Shown here: piece by piece, positions 25,415 to 36,855 of the stretch
Layout of the letters: each line of letters opens with the position of its first letter
Position numbering within the stretch: position 1 is the stretch's first letter
NCBI GenBank assembly: GCA_038087875.1
Contig: CM075989.1
Span: 20,338,001-20,402,000, forward strand
Length of the DNA: 64,000 nt
Origin: Malacoraja senta
Taxonomy: Eukaryota
Direction: 5' to 3'
Translations under genes and position numbers: made by a program
Notes under the pieces: generated by a model
What the model saw: the letters and a program-made list of their open reading frames with translations, nothing else
Told to the model about the DNA's origin: nothing
Databases searched by the model: none

Positions 25415-26858
25415 GTAGGAGTCAAGATTTTGTTATAATCTGCAAAACAACATAGAACAGTCCAGCACAGGAACAGGCCCTCTGCCCACAATGTCTGTGC
25501 CAAACATGGCTTCAAGGTAATATCCTCTGCCTGCACGTGATTCATGTCCATCCATCCCCTGTATATCCATGTGCTTTTCTAAAAGTTGGCTTAATGCTAC
25601 TATCATAACTGCCTCCACCACCATATCTGGCACAGGCACCCACCACTCTCTGTGTAAGACAATTTCCCTACACCTTGTGCCCTCACCTTTACGTGTACTC
25701 ATTCCTTCCTTCTCCCTTTCCCCTTGCCCTGTCCCCTTCCACCTATATTTCTTCCTCATGCTTCACCACATTTTACACCTCTTCTATCTTTACCTCCTCA
25801 TCTCACACTTCTTGTCTTTTCTTCTCTGGCCTTTGTCCAACCTGGTTTGGCCCATATCCCTGTAAACCTTTCCTGTCCATCTACCTGTCCAAATATATTT
25901 TAAATATTGTCATAGTACTTGCCTCAACTACCTCCTCTAGCAGCTCGTTCCATATACCCACCACCCTCTGTGTGAAAATGTTGTCCCTCCGGTTCCTATT
26001 AAATCTATTCCCCCTCACCTTAAACCTATGTCCTCTGGTTCTTGATAACGCTATTCTGGGTTAAAAAAACTACGTGCATTTACTCTATCTATTTCCCTCA
26101 TAATCTTGTACACCTCTATAAGATCACTGTGTAGGAAGGAATTACAGATGTTGGTTTCCACTGAAGATAGACACAAAATGCTGGAGTAACTCAGCAGGAT
26201 AAGCAGAATCTCTGTAATCTTATTCTGAATTTGAATTTCACTGTACCTTAATTGGTACATGTGACAATAAACTGACCTTGAAACCTTGAAGAAGGGTCTC
26301 GACCTGAATTGTCACCCATTCCTTCTCTCCAGAGATGCTGCCTGTCCTGTGGAGTTACTCCAGCTTTTTGTGTCTAACTATAAGATAACTAAAATAAATA
26401 ATAATATGATCCTGTGTTTCCATGATTTTTTTCAGGGAGATAAATATTGACCCTGGGATGGCTTGTCTTATATTGCCTGGGTTCTTAAAAATACTTTGCC
26501 TGAAACTTAACAGGAAACTAAAGGCCATCCTTTAGTTTAGTTTAGAGATCCCCGCACACTTAACACTATCCAACACACATGACATTAGAGACAATTTACA
26601 ATTATGCCAAACCAATTAACCTACAAACCTGTACGTCTTTGAAGTGTGGGAGGAAACCGGAGCACCTGGAGAAAACCCACGCAGGTCACGGGGAGAATAT
26701 ACTAACAATGTTCAGACAAGCACCCATAGTCAGGATCGAACCAGTGTCTCTGGTGCTGTAAGGCAGCAACTCTACCATTGGGCCACCGTGCCGCATTTAT
26801 GTTTGGAAATTTCAGGAAAAACAAAAGTTACCTATTGTTTTTATTTCTTATTTTACAG

Positions 26859-26891
26859 GAGAATGAGTCAGTCATTAACTTTCAACAAAGC
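26859..26891 (+). CDS. CATSPER2: CATSPER2 short C-terminal linker exon
   Basis: Strong pyrimidine tract plus ttttacag. Encodes RMSQSLTFNKA. 33 nt, phase 2 to 2, donor GTAAGT. Confidence 0.75.
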
Positions 26892-27922
26892 GTAAGTGAT
26901 TTGTAATTTTGATTCATCTAAAGTAATACTTTATGTCAAATATATAAAAATGGATTTGCACAGCTATGAGAATGACCGTGTTACACCTGAGAATTTTATA
27001 AGAGGATCAGGAATGTTAGATTAAAAAGGATGGAAAAAAATCAAATAGTAGAGGGCATAGCCCTAAGGTGAGAGGGGCAAAGTTTAAAGATGATGTGAGG
27101 GGCAGGTTTTTTGACGCAGGGAGCGGTGGGTGAGTGCCTGGAATGTGCTGCCTGGGGTGATGGTTGAAGCATACACGATAGCGGCATTTACAAGGCGATC
27201 CACCTACTACGCAGCAGATCATTCCGGGTGTCAGAGGTTATGGGGAGAAGGCAGGTGAATGGGGTGAGGAGGGAGAGATAGATCAGCCATGATTGAATGG
27301 CAGAGTAGACTTGATGGGCCAAATGGCCTAATTATGCTCCTATCACTTATGACCTTATGATCCAGGCACACCCCACTCTCTGTATAGAAATCATGCCCTT
27401 CTCACTTTATAACTAGGCACTCCAGTCTTTCATATTTCCACTAGAAGGAAGGTTTCTGCTAATATTATCAGCAGAAAGAATTGTATTCTAATGTTGGGAG
27501 AGATTTGTACAAGATTGCTTTGGGAGTTCTGTGCCCAATTTAGTTTAGTATAGTTTAGTTTAGTTTGGTTTAGTTTAGCTTATTGTCATGTGTACCGAAG
27601 TACAGTGAAAAGCTTTTGTTGCGTGTTAACCAGTCAGCGGAAAGACAATGCATGATTACAATCGAGCCATCCACAGTGTAGAGATACATGATAAAGGGAA
27701 TAAAGTGAATAACGTTTAGTGCAAGATAAAGTCCAGTACAGTCCGATTAAAGATAGTCTGAGGGTCTCCAATGAGGCAGATGGTAGCTCAGGACCGCTAT
27801 CTAGTTGTTGGGAGGAAGGTTAAGTTGCCTGATAACAGCGGGGAAGAAACTCTTCCTGAATCTGGAGGTTTGGGTTTTCACACTTCTATGCCTCTGGCCT
27901 GATGGTAGATGGGAGAAGAGGG

Positions 27923-29080
27923 ATTCAAGAGATTCAAGAGAGTTTATTGTCATGTGTCCCAGATAGGACAATGAAATTATTGCTTTGCTTCAACACAACA
28001 GAACATAGTAGGCATGAATACAGAACAGATCAGTGTGTCCATATACCCTTATATATATATATATATACACACATGAATAAATAAACAGATAAAGTGCAAA
28101 TAAACAGATAATAGTCTATTAATGTTCAGAGTTTTGTTTCAGTTGAGTTTAATAACCTGATGGCTGTGGGGAAGTAGCTATTCCTGAACCTGGACGTTGC
28201 AGTCCTCAGGCTCATGTATCTTCTACCTGAAGGTAGCAGGGAGATGAGTGTGTGGCCAGGATGGTGAGGGTCCTTGATGATGCTGCCAGCCTTTTTGAGG
28301 CAGCGACTGCGATAGATCCCATCGATTGTAGTGGAGGTCAGAGCCGATGATGAACTGGGCAGTGTTTACTACTTTTTGTAGTCTTTTCTGCTCCTGGGCG
28401 CTCAAGTTGCCGAACCAAGCCACGATGCAACTGGTCAGCATGCTCTCTACTGTGCACCTATAGAAGTTCGAGAGAGTCCTCCTTGACAAACCGACTCTCC
28501 GTAATCTTCTCAGCAAGTAGAGGCGCTGATGTGCTTACTTTATAATTGCATCAGTGTTCTCGGACCAGGAGAGATCTTCAGAAATATGCACGCCCAGGAA
28601 TTTGAAGCTCTTGACCCTCTCCACCATCGACCCGTTGATATAAACGGGACTGTGGGTCCCCATCCTACCCCTTCCAAAGTCCACAATCAGTTCCTTGGTT
28701 TTGCTGGTGTTGAGGGCCAGGTTATTGTGCTGGCACCATTTGGTCAGTCGGTCGATCTCTCTTCTATACTCCGACTCGTCCCCATCAGTGATACGTCTCA
28801 CAACAGTGGTGTCGTCAGCGAACTTGATGATGGAGTTCGCACTATGACCGGCTACGCAGTCATGAGTATAGAGTGAGTACAGCAGGGGGCTGAGCACGCA
28901 GCCTTGAGGTGCTCCTGTGCTGATTGTTATCGAGGCTGACACATTTCCACCAATATGAACAGTCTGTGGTCTGTGGATGAGGAAGTCGAGGATCCAATCG
29001 CAGAGGGATGCGCAGAGACCCAGATCTGAAAGCTTGGTAACCAGCTTGGAGGGGATGATTGTATTAAATGCCGAGCTGTA
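27923..29080 (-). mobile_element. Rex1/Babar-type LINE 3' fragment
   Basis: Encodes [21 protein letters not shown]...KFADDTTVV...KTKELIVDF. Has a (TCTTGAATC)-type tail preceded by AATAAA on the minus strand. Confidence 0.85.
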
Positions 29081-29241
29081 AACAACAGTGGCCAGGGTGC
29101 GATTTATAAGGGAATCTTCGATGGCTTGCGTGCAGTTCCGGAGAGTGTCTCTGCAAATAAGTAAGTGGCCTCAGTTGTGAAAAAAAGGTAGGGAGGAGTT
29201 AATTTGTAACAGATTGCTATTGTTTTCTCTACTGTGTGCAG

Positions 29242-29348
29242 AGATGGAGCTCTGGAGTCTGAATTCTCTGCACCCAGTGAAATTAATGTAAAGGGGAGCA
29301 GTCACAATAGCTATTCAAGTGAGATCTCCTTCAAGCCCACGGGTAAAG
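29242..29348 (+). CDS. CATSPER2: CATSPER2 Ser-rich C-terminal linker exon
   Basis: tgtgcag acceptor. Open frame DGALESEFSAPSEINVKGSSHNSYSSEISFKPTGK. 107 nt bridges phase 2 to phase 1 exactly. Donor AAG|GTAAGC. Confidence 0.75.
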
Positions 29349-29552
29349 GTAAGCAGAAACATTCAGCTTAATGAAAACAAATTTTAAACATCGATTGTTT
29401 TTACAACTTTCAAAATGCACTAACATAATCTGTAAAAGTTTTTTAGGGATTGTTTTTTTTCCATTTATAGTTTAGTTTAGTTTATTGACACGTGAACTGA
29501 TGTACAGTGAAAATCTTTTGTTGTGTGCTAACCAGTCAGCAGAAAGACAATA

Positions 29553-30790
29553 CAGATGCTCCCTGAATTACGGTGCTTGGACTTAAGATATTTCGACATT
29601 ACGATCGGCAAACGCTTGGCAACAGCAGCGAGCCGCACGTCACTTCCAGCCACGTGATCGCAATGTATTAAATGCGTTTTTGACTCACGATATTTTCGAT
29701 TTACATAGAAACATAGAAACATAGAAAATAGGTGCAGGAGTAGGCCATTCGGCCCTTCGAGCCTGCACCGCCATTCAATATGATCATGGCTGATCATCCA
29801 ACTCAGTATCCTGTACCTGCCTTCTCTCCATACCCCCTGATCCCTCTTAAATATAGCCAATGAACTGGCCTCAACTACCTTCTGTGGCAGAGAATTCCAG
29901 AGATTCACCACTCTCTGTGTGAAAAATGTTTTTCTCATCTCGGTCCTAAAAGATTTCCCCTTTATCCTTAAACTGTGACCCCTTGTTCTGGACTTCCTCA
30001 ACACCGGGAACAATCTTCCTGCATCTAGCCTGTCCAACCCCTTAAGAATTTTGTACGTTTCTATAAGATCCCTCCTCAATCTTCTAAATTCTAGCGAGTA
30101 CAAGCCGAGTCTATCCAGTCTTTTTTCATATGAAAGTCCTGACATCCCAGGAATCAGTCTGGTGAACCTTCTCTGTACTCCCTCTATGGCAAGAATGTCT
30201 TTCCTCAGATTAGGAGACCAAAACTGTATGCAATACTCCAGGTGTGGTCTCACCAAGACCCTGTACAACTGCAGTAGAACCTCCCTGCTCCTATACTCAA
30301 ATCCTTTTGCTATGAATGCTAACATATCATTCGCTTTCTTCACTGCCTGCTGCACCTGCATGCCTACTTTCAATGACCGGTGTACCATGACACCCAGGTC
30401 TCGTTGCATCTCCCCTTTTCCTAATCGGCCACTATTCAGATAATAGTCTAGTTTCCTGTTTTTGCCACCAAAGTGGATAACTTCACATTTATCCACATTA
30501 TACTGCATCTGCCATGCATTTGCCCACTCACCCAGCCTATCCAAGTCACCTTGCAGCCTCCCAGCATCCTCCTCACAGCTAACACTGCCCCCCAGCTTTG
30601 TGTCATCCGCAAACTTGGAGATGTTGCATTCAATTCCCTCGTCCAAATCATTAATATATATTGTAAATAGCTGGGGTCCCAGCACTGAGCCTTGCGGTAC
30701 CCCACTAGTCACTGCCTGCCATTCTGAAAAGGACCCGATTTACGATGGGTTTATCGGAACGTAGCCCAATCGTAGGTCGCAGAGCAGCTG
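29553..30790. mobile_element. Tc1/mariner (Tigger-like) MITE interrupted by CR1
   Basis: TA|CAGATGCTCCCTGAATTACG...CGTAGGTCGCAGAGCAGCTG|TA, i.e. imperfect TIRs with a TA duplication. Confidence 0.75.
29705..30735 (-). mobile_element. Young 5'-truncated CR1 LINE
   Basis: Uninterrupted RT C-half (SGVPQGSVLGP, KFADD) and a (TTTCTATG)n tail. Flanked by 8-bp CGATTTAC (29697-29704 and 30736-30743). Confidence 0.95.
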
Positions 30791-31126
30791 TACATGATTA
30801 CAATCGATCATTTACAGTGTGTAGATACATGATAAGGGAATAACGTTTAGTGCAAGGTAAAGCCAGTAAAGTCCGATCAAGGATAGTCCGATCAAGGATA
30901 GGCTAAGGGTCATCAAAGAGGTAGATAGTGGTTCATATATTATACAACCTAATGTAAAGAAGGGTCTCGCTGAGTTACTCCAGCTTTTTGTGTCTACCTT
31001 CTTTAGGTTTTGGTTTAGGTTTGTTTTTGTCATGATTACCGAGGTACAGCAAAAAGCTTTGCTTTGCATGCTATCCAAACAAATCAGATGATGCTATACA
31101 TGAATATAATTAATTAATACAACTCT

Positions 31127-31402
31127 GGGCAGCACGGTGGCGCATGGTAGTGTTACTGCCTTACAGCGCGAACAGCGCCAGAGACCCGGGTTCGTTCCCG
31201 ACTACAGGTGCTGTCTGTATGGAGGTTGTATGTTCTCCAAATGACCCCGTGGGTTTTCTCCAAGATCTTCGGTTTCCTCCCACACGCCAAAGATGTACAG
31301 GTTTGTAGATCAATTGGCTTTGATAAAAAAAGGGGTGATCGCTGGTTGGCACGGACTCGGTGGGCCGAAGGGCCTGTTTACGCGCTGCATCTCTAAACTA
31401 AA
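31127..31402 (+). mobile_element. tRNA-derived V-SINE-like element (HE1-like)
   Basis: A-box-like GGTGGCGCATGG, B-box GGTTCGTTCCC (31189-31199), conserved central GTGGGTTTTCTCC...GGTTTCCTCCCAC and a CTAAA tail. Related copies near 440-580(-), 8690-8940(+), 12085-12390(+), 26530-26790(-) and 41010-41240(+). Confidence 0.85.
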
Positions 31403-32073
31403 GTAAAAAATTAAGCCAAACTTAAATAGAATAGCTAGAGCAAAGGGAAAGATACAGTGCAGAATATTATAGCGCATCAGTTTCATAGACAAAGTGCAGT
31501 GTCTGCAATGGGGTGGAGGCAAATCAGACAGTACCCTTGTTTACAGAAGGACTGTTCAGATTGTGACTTTTAACCACAGGACATTTGGGCTTGGATATTA
31601 AACCCTAAAATAGGCAGTGGAAATCTTTATTGTTAAATATTAGTTTTCAAAATTAGACTGTTGAATGCTTAACCAGGCAAGTTTATATTTCCACTTGATA
31701 TGTATTCACATTTGAATGTGTCTCAATGGTGATATTGTGCAATTGTGAGTGATTGCTGCACTTAGCAACAAGCAATTCATACGTATTCCTGATAAAGATG
31801 CTTTTAATGTAATTATTTTGTACATACCCAATTAGCAATTTGAAGCTCTTTGAGATAAATCCATTGAAACCACATGTCATACAATTGGCACTGCTGAATC
31901 TTTATCTCAGAACCCTTCCGAGCGCTGTGTCCTCACAAACTGTGACTGCCACTCCTTACAGGTGTATGGAATGAAATAACTGGCTTTTTTGCTCTTTTAA
32001 CAGCTAGAATGCTAGCTAACAAAGGCTGAAAAGAAGCAGAAATTAAAACCATATCGATTTCATTTCTATATAG

Positions 32074-32232
32074 ATTGGGAGAGCTATGTCCGTATCAACA
32101 TCAAACTAATGAAATTTAACCCAACAAGAGAGAAGGTTATTTGGCCAAGGGACTCCTTGTTTCGCTATTATGAACTGTTGGAGCAACTTCAATATAATCT
32201 GGAGGAACGGAAGACCCTGCAATTTCTAGCAG
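32074..32232 (+). CDS. CATSPER2: CATSPER2 penultimate exon
   Basis: Encodes DWESYVRINIKLM...VIWPRDSLFRYYELLEQLQYNLEERKTLQFLA, closely matching the CatSper2 motif WPRDSLFRYFELLEKLQYNLEERKKLQ. Confidence 0.95.
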
Positions 32233-33269
32233 GTTGGTATGTTATAAGATGTAGGAGCAGAATTAGGCCATTCGGCCCATCAAGTCTACTCGCCATTCAA
32301 TCATGTCTGATCTATCTTTCCCTCTCAACCCCATTCTTCTGCCCTTGCCCCATAACCCCTGACACACGTACTAATCAATAATCTGTCAATCTCTGCCTTA
32401 AAAATCTCCATTGACTTGGCCTCCACAGCCGTCTGTGGCAATGAATTCCACAGATTCACCACCCTTAAAGAATGGGTAGTTTCCAGCTGTTTCTCCCTGG
32501 TACTTAAAGAAATGAAGTGTTAATCACAAACAATCCTATTAGATTGTGTAGTCATGAATGATAAAATTCACATTATTGATCATCTTAAATTACATAACAT
32601 TTTAGATTTGTAATATGGAGTAAGAAAAAGGTAACTTTTTTTCCATCATTGTGTTGCTTTGAATCTTTGAAATACTCTGTTGAACTGCACTGTGAATACT
32701 TCATCAATAAGTTACGTTGAACACTGAAATAAGTGATAGGAGTAGAATGAGGCCACTCGGCCCATCAAGTCTACTCTACATTTCAATCGTAGCTGATCTA
32801 TCTCTCTCTCTCAACCCCGTTCTCCTGCGTTCTCCCCAGAACTAAATAGTGGACTAGGCATGAAGGATATCACGAGACAATGTTCCTAATTCTACTGCAG
32901 TTTATAGGTTAAAGACAATGTTTTCCCCCTTTGGGCTTTTCCCTGTAGCTATCAAACTGTATAACTCCTCCCCCTTCTGTAGTGGGGTAGACTGACTCCC
33001 CCCCCCCCCCTCCCCCTCCAATTCTCTGCATGTCCCCAATCCTGGACTTTCCATCGTCACATTAATTTCATGGTTCATGTATTTTATTATAACTGTTGGC
33101 AGACCAATTTTCCTCCTGGGATAAATAAAGTTCTATCGTATCGTGTCGTATTGTATGTTCCATGATCAAAGTCAGTTTCAGATTATGAACTGTAAGAAAG
33201 ATAAAGGCTTATCTACAAACTGTATCAGTCTACCAACTGTAATTAACACTTTGTTTCTGTTTCTTGCAG

Positions 33270-33301
33270 CTCAAGCCCTCATGAATATACATGATATATA
33301 A
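33270..33301 (+). CDS. CATSPER2: CATSPER2 last coding exon
   Basis: ttcttgcag acceptor. Encodes AQALMNIHDI then stop (cf. VQALMNLEDK). TAA at 33299-33301. Confidence 0.9.
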
Positions 33302-33739
33302 AATGACTTCATGTTCACGGAAATGAAATTTGTTATTGATAAAGCCTGTAGTACTAATATTTGTTAAATGGCATTTCACCTTCTATTGTTGCATTACATT
33401 TTCAATTCCACTTAGTTTGCCATATATTTGAATGATATACAAGCATGAGTAGATTTGCAACATTATCCCCATGTAAAGATCATATGTTCAAAAGAAAGTC
33501 TTGACAACTTCATCCTCTACATTCTAAAAAATGCAGAGGTTGAAGGCCCTTTATTGATAAAGGCCCTAGATTGATAAACACCCATAGATTACTTATTCTC
33601 TTAAAAGATGGGAAGTAAGATTCAATGATCCTCTCACTTGTCACCAAGTACTTTGAGGAAAGTACAGGCAGAGGAGATCAGTTTAACTTGGCATCGTTCA
33701 GCATGGAATAGGTGGGCCGAAGGGCCTGTTCCTGTGCTG

Positions 33740-33971
33740 AAGATAGACACAAAAAGCTGGAGTAACTCAGCGGGACAGGCAGCATATCTGGAGAGAAGGA
33801 ATGGGCGACGGTTCGGGTCGAGACCCTTCTTCTTGAGTCTGAAGAGGGGTCTCGACCCGAAACGTCACCCATTCCTTCTCTCGAGAGCTGCTACCTGTTC
33901 CGCTGAGTTATTCCAGCTTTTTGTGTCTATCTTCGGTTTAAACCAACATCTGCAGTTCCTTCTTACACTGG
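33740..33971. mobile_element. Penelope-derived inverted-repeat insertion with hammerhead core
   Basis: ~93-bp inverted arms (33739-33934), flanked by TCCTGTGCTG direct repeats. Contains CTGAAGA-G-GGGT-CTCG-ACCC-GAAAC-GTC at 33839-33866. Confidence 0.7.
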
Positions 33972-34857
33972 TCCTGTGCTGTACTGTTCTATCTTGAAAG
34001 TAAGACCGCGATGCCAAACAGGAGTTTAAAAGTGGAAATGTGAGGCAAAATTGAGAAAATGAAGACTTGAAGAAGTCCTTATAGACTGGATGAAAGAAAG
34101 AAAATGGAAGAAGGTGTGAAATGATGAGAATGTTGTGTATTCTGAAGCTTAGGAACACAGAAGTTTGGCTTGATAGCTGAGTAGAGATGAAGAAAGTCCA
34201 TTGCTTCCAGAAAGCTGTTGGGTAATGGTTTGCCTCTTGGAATACAAAGCCAGGAGGCATTTGAAAGCCTGGCCAAAAGGTTTGGTCAACTCCTGAACCT
34301 CTGGAGAAAAGGAATAGGTGACGTTTCAGATCGAAACCCTTCTGAACTAGTTGAGGGCTGTGCCCATATAAGGACTCCGCTCTCCTGGCAGTCTGGTTGG
34401 CAAACAGGGAGACTGACAAGAGAAGATTCAAGAGTGTTTTATTGTCATATGTCCCAGACAGAACAATTAAATTCTTACTTGCTGAAGTACAACAGAATAA
34501 ACTGCTGGTAAGATTCATGAACAAAAATAATAGTTTTGACATCTGTAAGTCTGAGAAATATTTCGATCATGAGGCCAGAGTTGGAGTTGGTTAATATAGC
34601 AAAGGGTTTGTGGCTAATTGGGTGATTAAACAGGAAGTGTAAAGGTTTATGACACCCAGAGTGCAACAGGCAGGTGATAAAGCATAAGGGACTAAGAATA
34701 AATTAATGGTCCCACAGAGATATCATTGCAGATAGCTGTGGTGCGGGTATCAGAAGTATTGTCGTTGTTTAGTGAATTCATTCAGGAGAAAGAAGGATAA
34801 CAATGGTCTTGACAGATATTGAGAACAACCTGGGATGATAAATTTGTATCAGAAGTT

Positions 34858-34984
34858 TTCTTCTTGTGTATGGCGTGCACAGCCTAAAGTTGTAGGTCAA
34901 TTTGTTCTATTTGTTTGTGCACATCGGGTTAATTGCATTAGTTGAAACAGGGTGGACCATGTGAAGGTTGCAATCTCCCACCCC
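34858..34984 (-). mobile_element. Second copy of the ribozyme-headed short retroelement
   Basis: Colinear with 62433-62570 and has the same 5' nucleotide. Tail GGCTGTGCACGCCATACACAAGAAGAA. Only a degenerate flanking repeat (..AGAAGT). Confidence 0.75.
34931..34984 (-). ncRNA. Minimal HDV-like ribozyme, copy 1
   Basis: Minus strand reads GGGGUGG GA GAUUGCA ACC UUCACAU GGU CCACCCU GUUUCAA CUAA UGCAAUU. 7-bp P1 with G1-U wobble, 7-bp P2, 3-bp P3. Confidence 0.8.
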
Positions 34985-35820
34985 ATAATAGAAGTCATTT
35001 AAAAAATATTAGAGACTTCTTTACTAAAAGGATGATCAATATTTGCAATTATTTACTAAATAACATAGTGGACCTAAAAAGAGTAAATAGTTCCAGACAA
35101 AACTAAATGCTACGATGGAAATTTGCAGTTGTTAGATTCCATTCAACTAGCCCTGTGATTCAGAACAGTACTGCAACAGAATAGGCCTTTCAGCCCACAA
35201 TGTCCATGCCGAACATGATGCCATGTTAAATGAATCTCCTCTCTTACATTATCCATATCCCTCCATTCCCTGCATATCCCCGGAGAGTTTTTTGAGGGAT
35301 ATGATATATATGTATTTGGATAGAGAGGGGCTGATTAAGGATAGTCAGCATGGTTTTGCGCATGGAACATCGTGTCTTACGAATCTGATTGAATTTTTTG
35401 AAGAAGTCACCAAAAACATCATCAAAGTATGCAGACAACAAAGACACCCTCTTGAAATCTTTACGTTTAAACTGTTCTCTGGAATAATATATTTTTCTAT
35501 TGGTGTAAGCAAGCTTTGATATCTATTTATATGGAATATGATCTTTTACATGAACATATTGAAAGGGGAAATATTTGGAAAAGTTTATCATTTTTATTAC
35601 AAATGCACTAGACAATGACTCCGACATAATCTTCACACATAACTCCTGGTTGCTAGTGATTTTAAACACAAAATGCTGGAGTAACTCAGCCGGACAGACA
35701 GCATCTCCGAATAGAATGAATGGGAGACATTTCAGATCAAGACCCTTCTTCAGATGGAGTTCCTCAAGCATTTTGTGTCCATCTTCCGTGTAAAATAGCA
35801 TCTGCAGTTCTTTCCAACAC

Positions 35821-35912
35821 ATGCCAACCATTTTAACTCCACTTCCCATTCCCACACTGACCTTTCTGCCTTGGGCCTCCTCCATTGCAAGAGTAAGGCC
35901 ACAGGCAAACTA
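35821..35912 (+). mobile_element. Penelope-like element ORF remnant (C-terminal endonuclease region)
   Basis: Translates to ANHFNSTSHSHTDLSALGLLHCKSKATGKL, resembling the HFN..H..DL.V.GL..C motif of PLE GIY-YIG domains. Abuts a hairpin repeat of the above family. Confidence 0.6.
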
Positions 35913-36446
35913 GGGAGGGAGGGAGGGGAGGTGGTAATTAAACCAAGAAACTACTGACTGAACAAAATTACTGATTGAGCCAAGGGTGGGGGGGGGGGGG
36001 GTTGGGGCAGGTAGATAAATTAAAAGCTTTTGGAGAAGAGAAGCTGTCAGCATTAATCATTGGTAGACAAAAATGCTGGAGAAACTCAGCGGGTGCGGCA
36101 GCATCTATAGAGCGAAGGAAATTTTTTTGAGGGATATGATATGTATGTATTTCCTTCGCTCCATAGATGCTGCTGCACCCGCTGAGTTTCTCCAGCATTT
36201 TTGTCTACCTTCGATTTTCCAGCATCTGCAGTTCCTTCTTGAGCATTCTTGGTCCTCCAAAATATTCCAAATGGAATTTAAACTGGAATTTAAACTAAGA
36301 GCATTAATCATTGGGCGTGTAGGGAGGAACTGTAGATGCTGGTTTAAACCGAAGAGGATACAAAGCTGGAGTAACTCAGTGGGCCAGGCAGCATCTCTGG
36401 AGAGAAGGAATGGGTCATGTTTCAGGTGGAGACCCTTCCATCAGAC

Positions 36447-36615
36447 ATTGGGCACTGGGACATTGGCCCAGGGACTACAACTCCCACAATGCCCCGCGGG
36501 GCCAGACCAATCAGAGCGTGCCGTGCTGGTGTCGTCAGAGATCCCGGCGGACCATTGGCGACGGAGGACGAATCAGGAGCGGCGTTGGGACGATGCGCGG
36601 CAGCGTTACCGTTCG
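36447..36615 (+). promoter_or_regulatory. LRRC28 promoter and probable non-coding first exon
   Basis: CpG-rich patch. ZNF143/THAP11-type motif ACTACAACTCCCACAATGC at 36474-36492. CCAAT at 36507-36511 and ATTGG at 36447, 36462 and 36554. Donor TCG|GTGAGG at 36616. The ATG-bearing exon downstream has an acceptor, so an upstream exon is required. Confidence 0.75.
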
Positions 36616-36653
36616 GTGAGGCCAACGTTGTTTTAAAATGTCTCCCGTCGTCT

Positions 36654-36760
36654 TTGTGTGTGTGTGTGTGTATGTGGTCTGTGTGTGTCTGTGTGTGTGT
36701 GTGTGTGTATGTGGTCTGTGTGTGTCTGTGTGCGTGGTCTGTGTGAGTGGTCTGTGTGAG
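36654..36760. repeat. Imperfect (GT)n microsatellite
   Basis: Visible GT-rich tandem run. Confidence 0.9.
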
Positions 36761-36855
36761 GGTGAAGGGGCTGTGGCCGCTGGGGAGGCGGGCGGGTGGG
36801 AGCCGCGGTCCCGAGTGATGAATGTGGCTGAGCAGCCCCTCACACCGGCCCCCTC

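Noticed and set aside
31127..31200. tRNA-like A and B boxes
   Set aside because: Head of a multi-copy SINE with no full cloverleaf; not a tRNA gene.
33865..34542. 225-aa minus-strand ORF downstream of CATSPER2
   Set aside because: Mosaic of repeat fragments and unique sequence with no protein motif.
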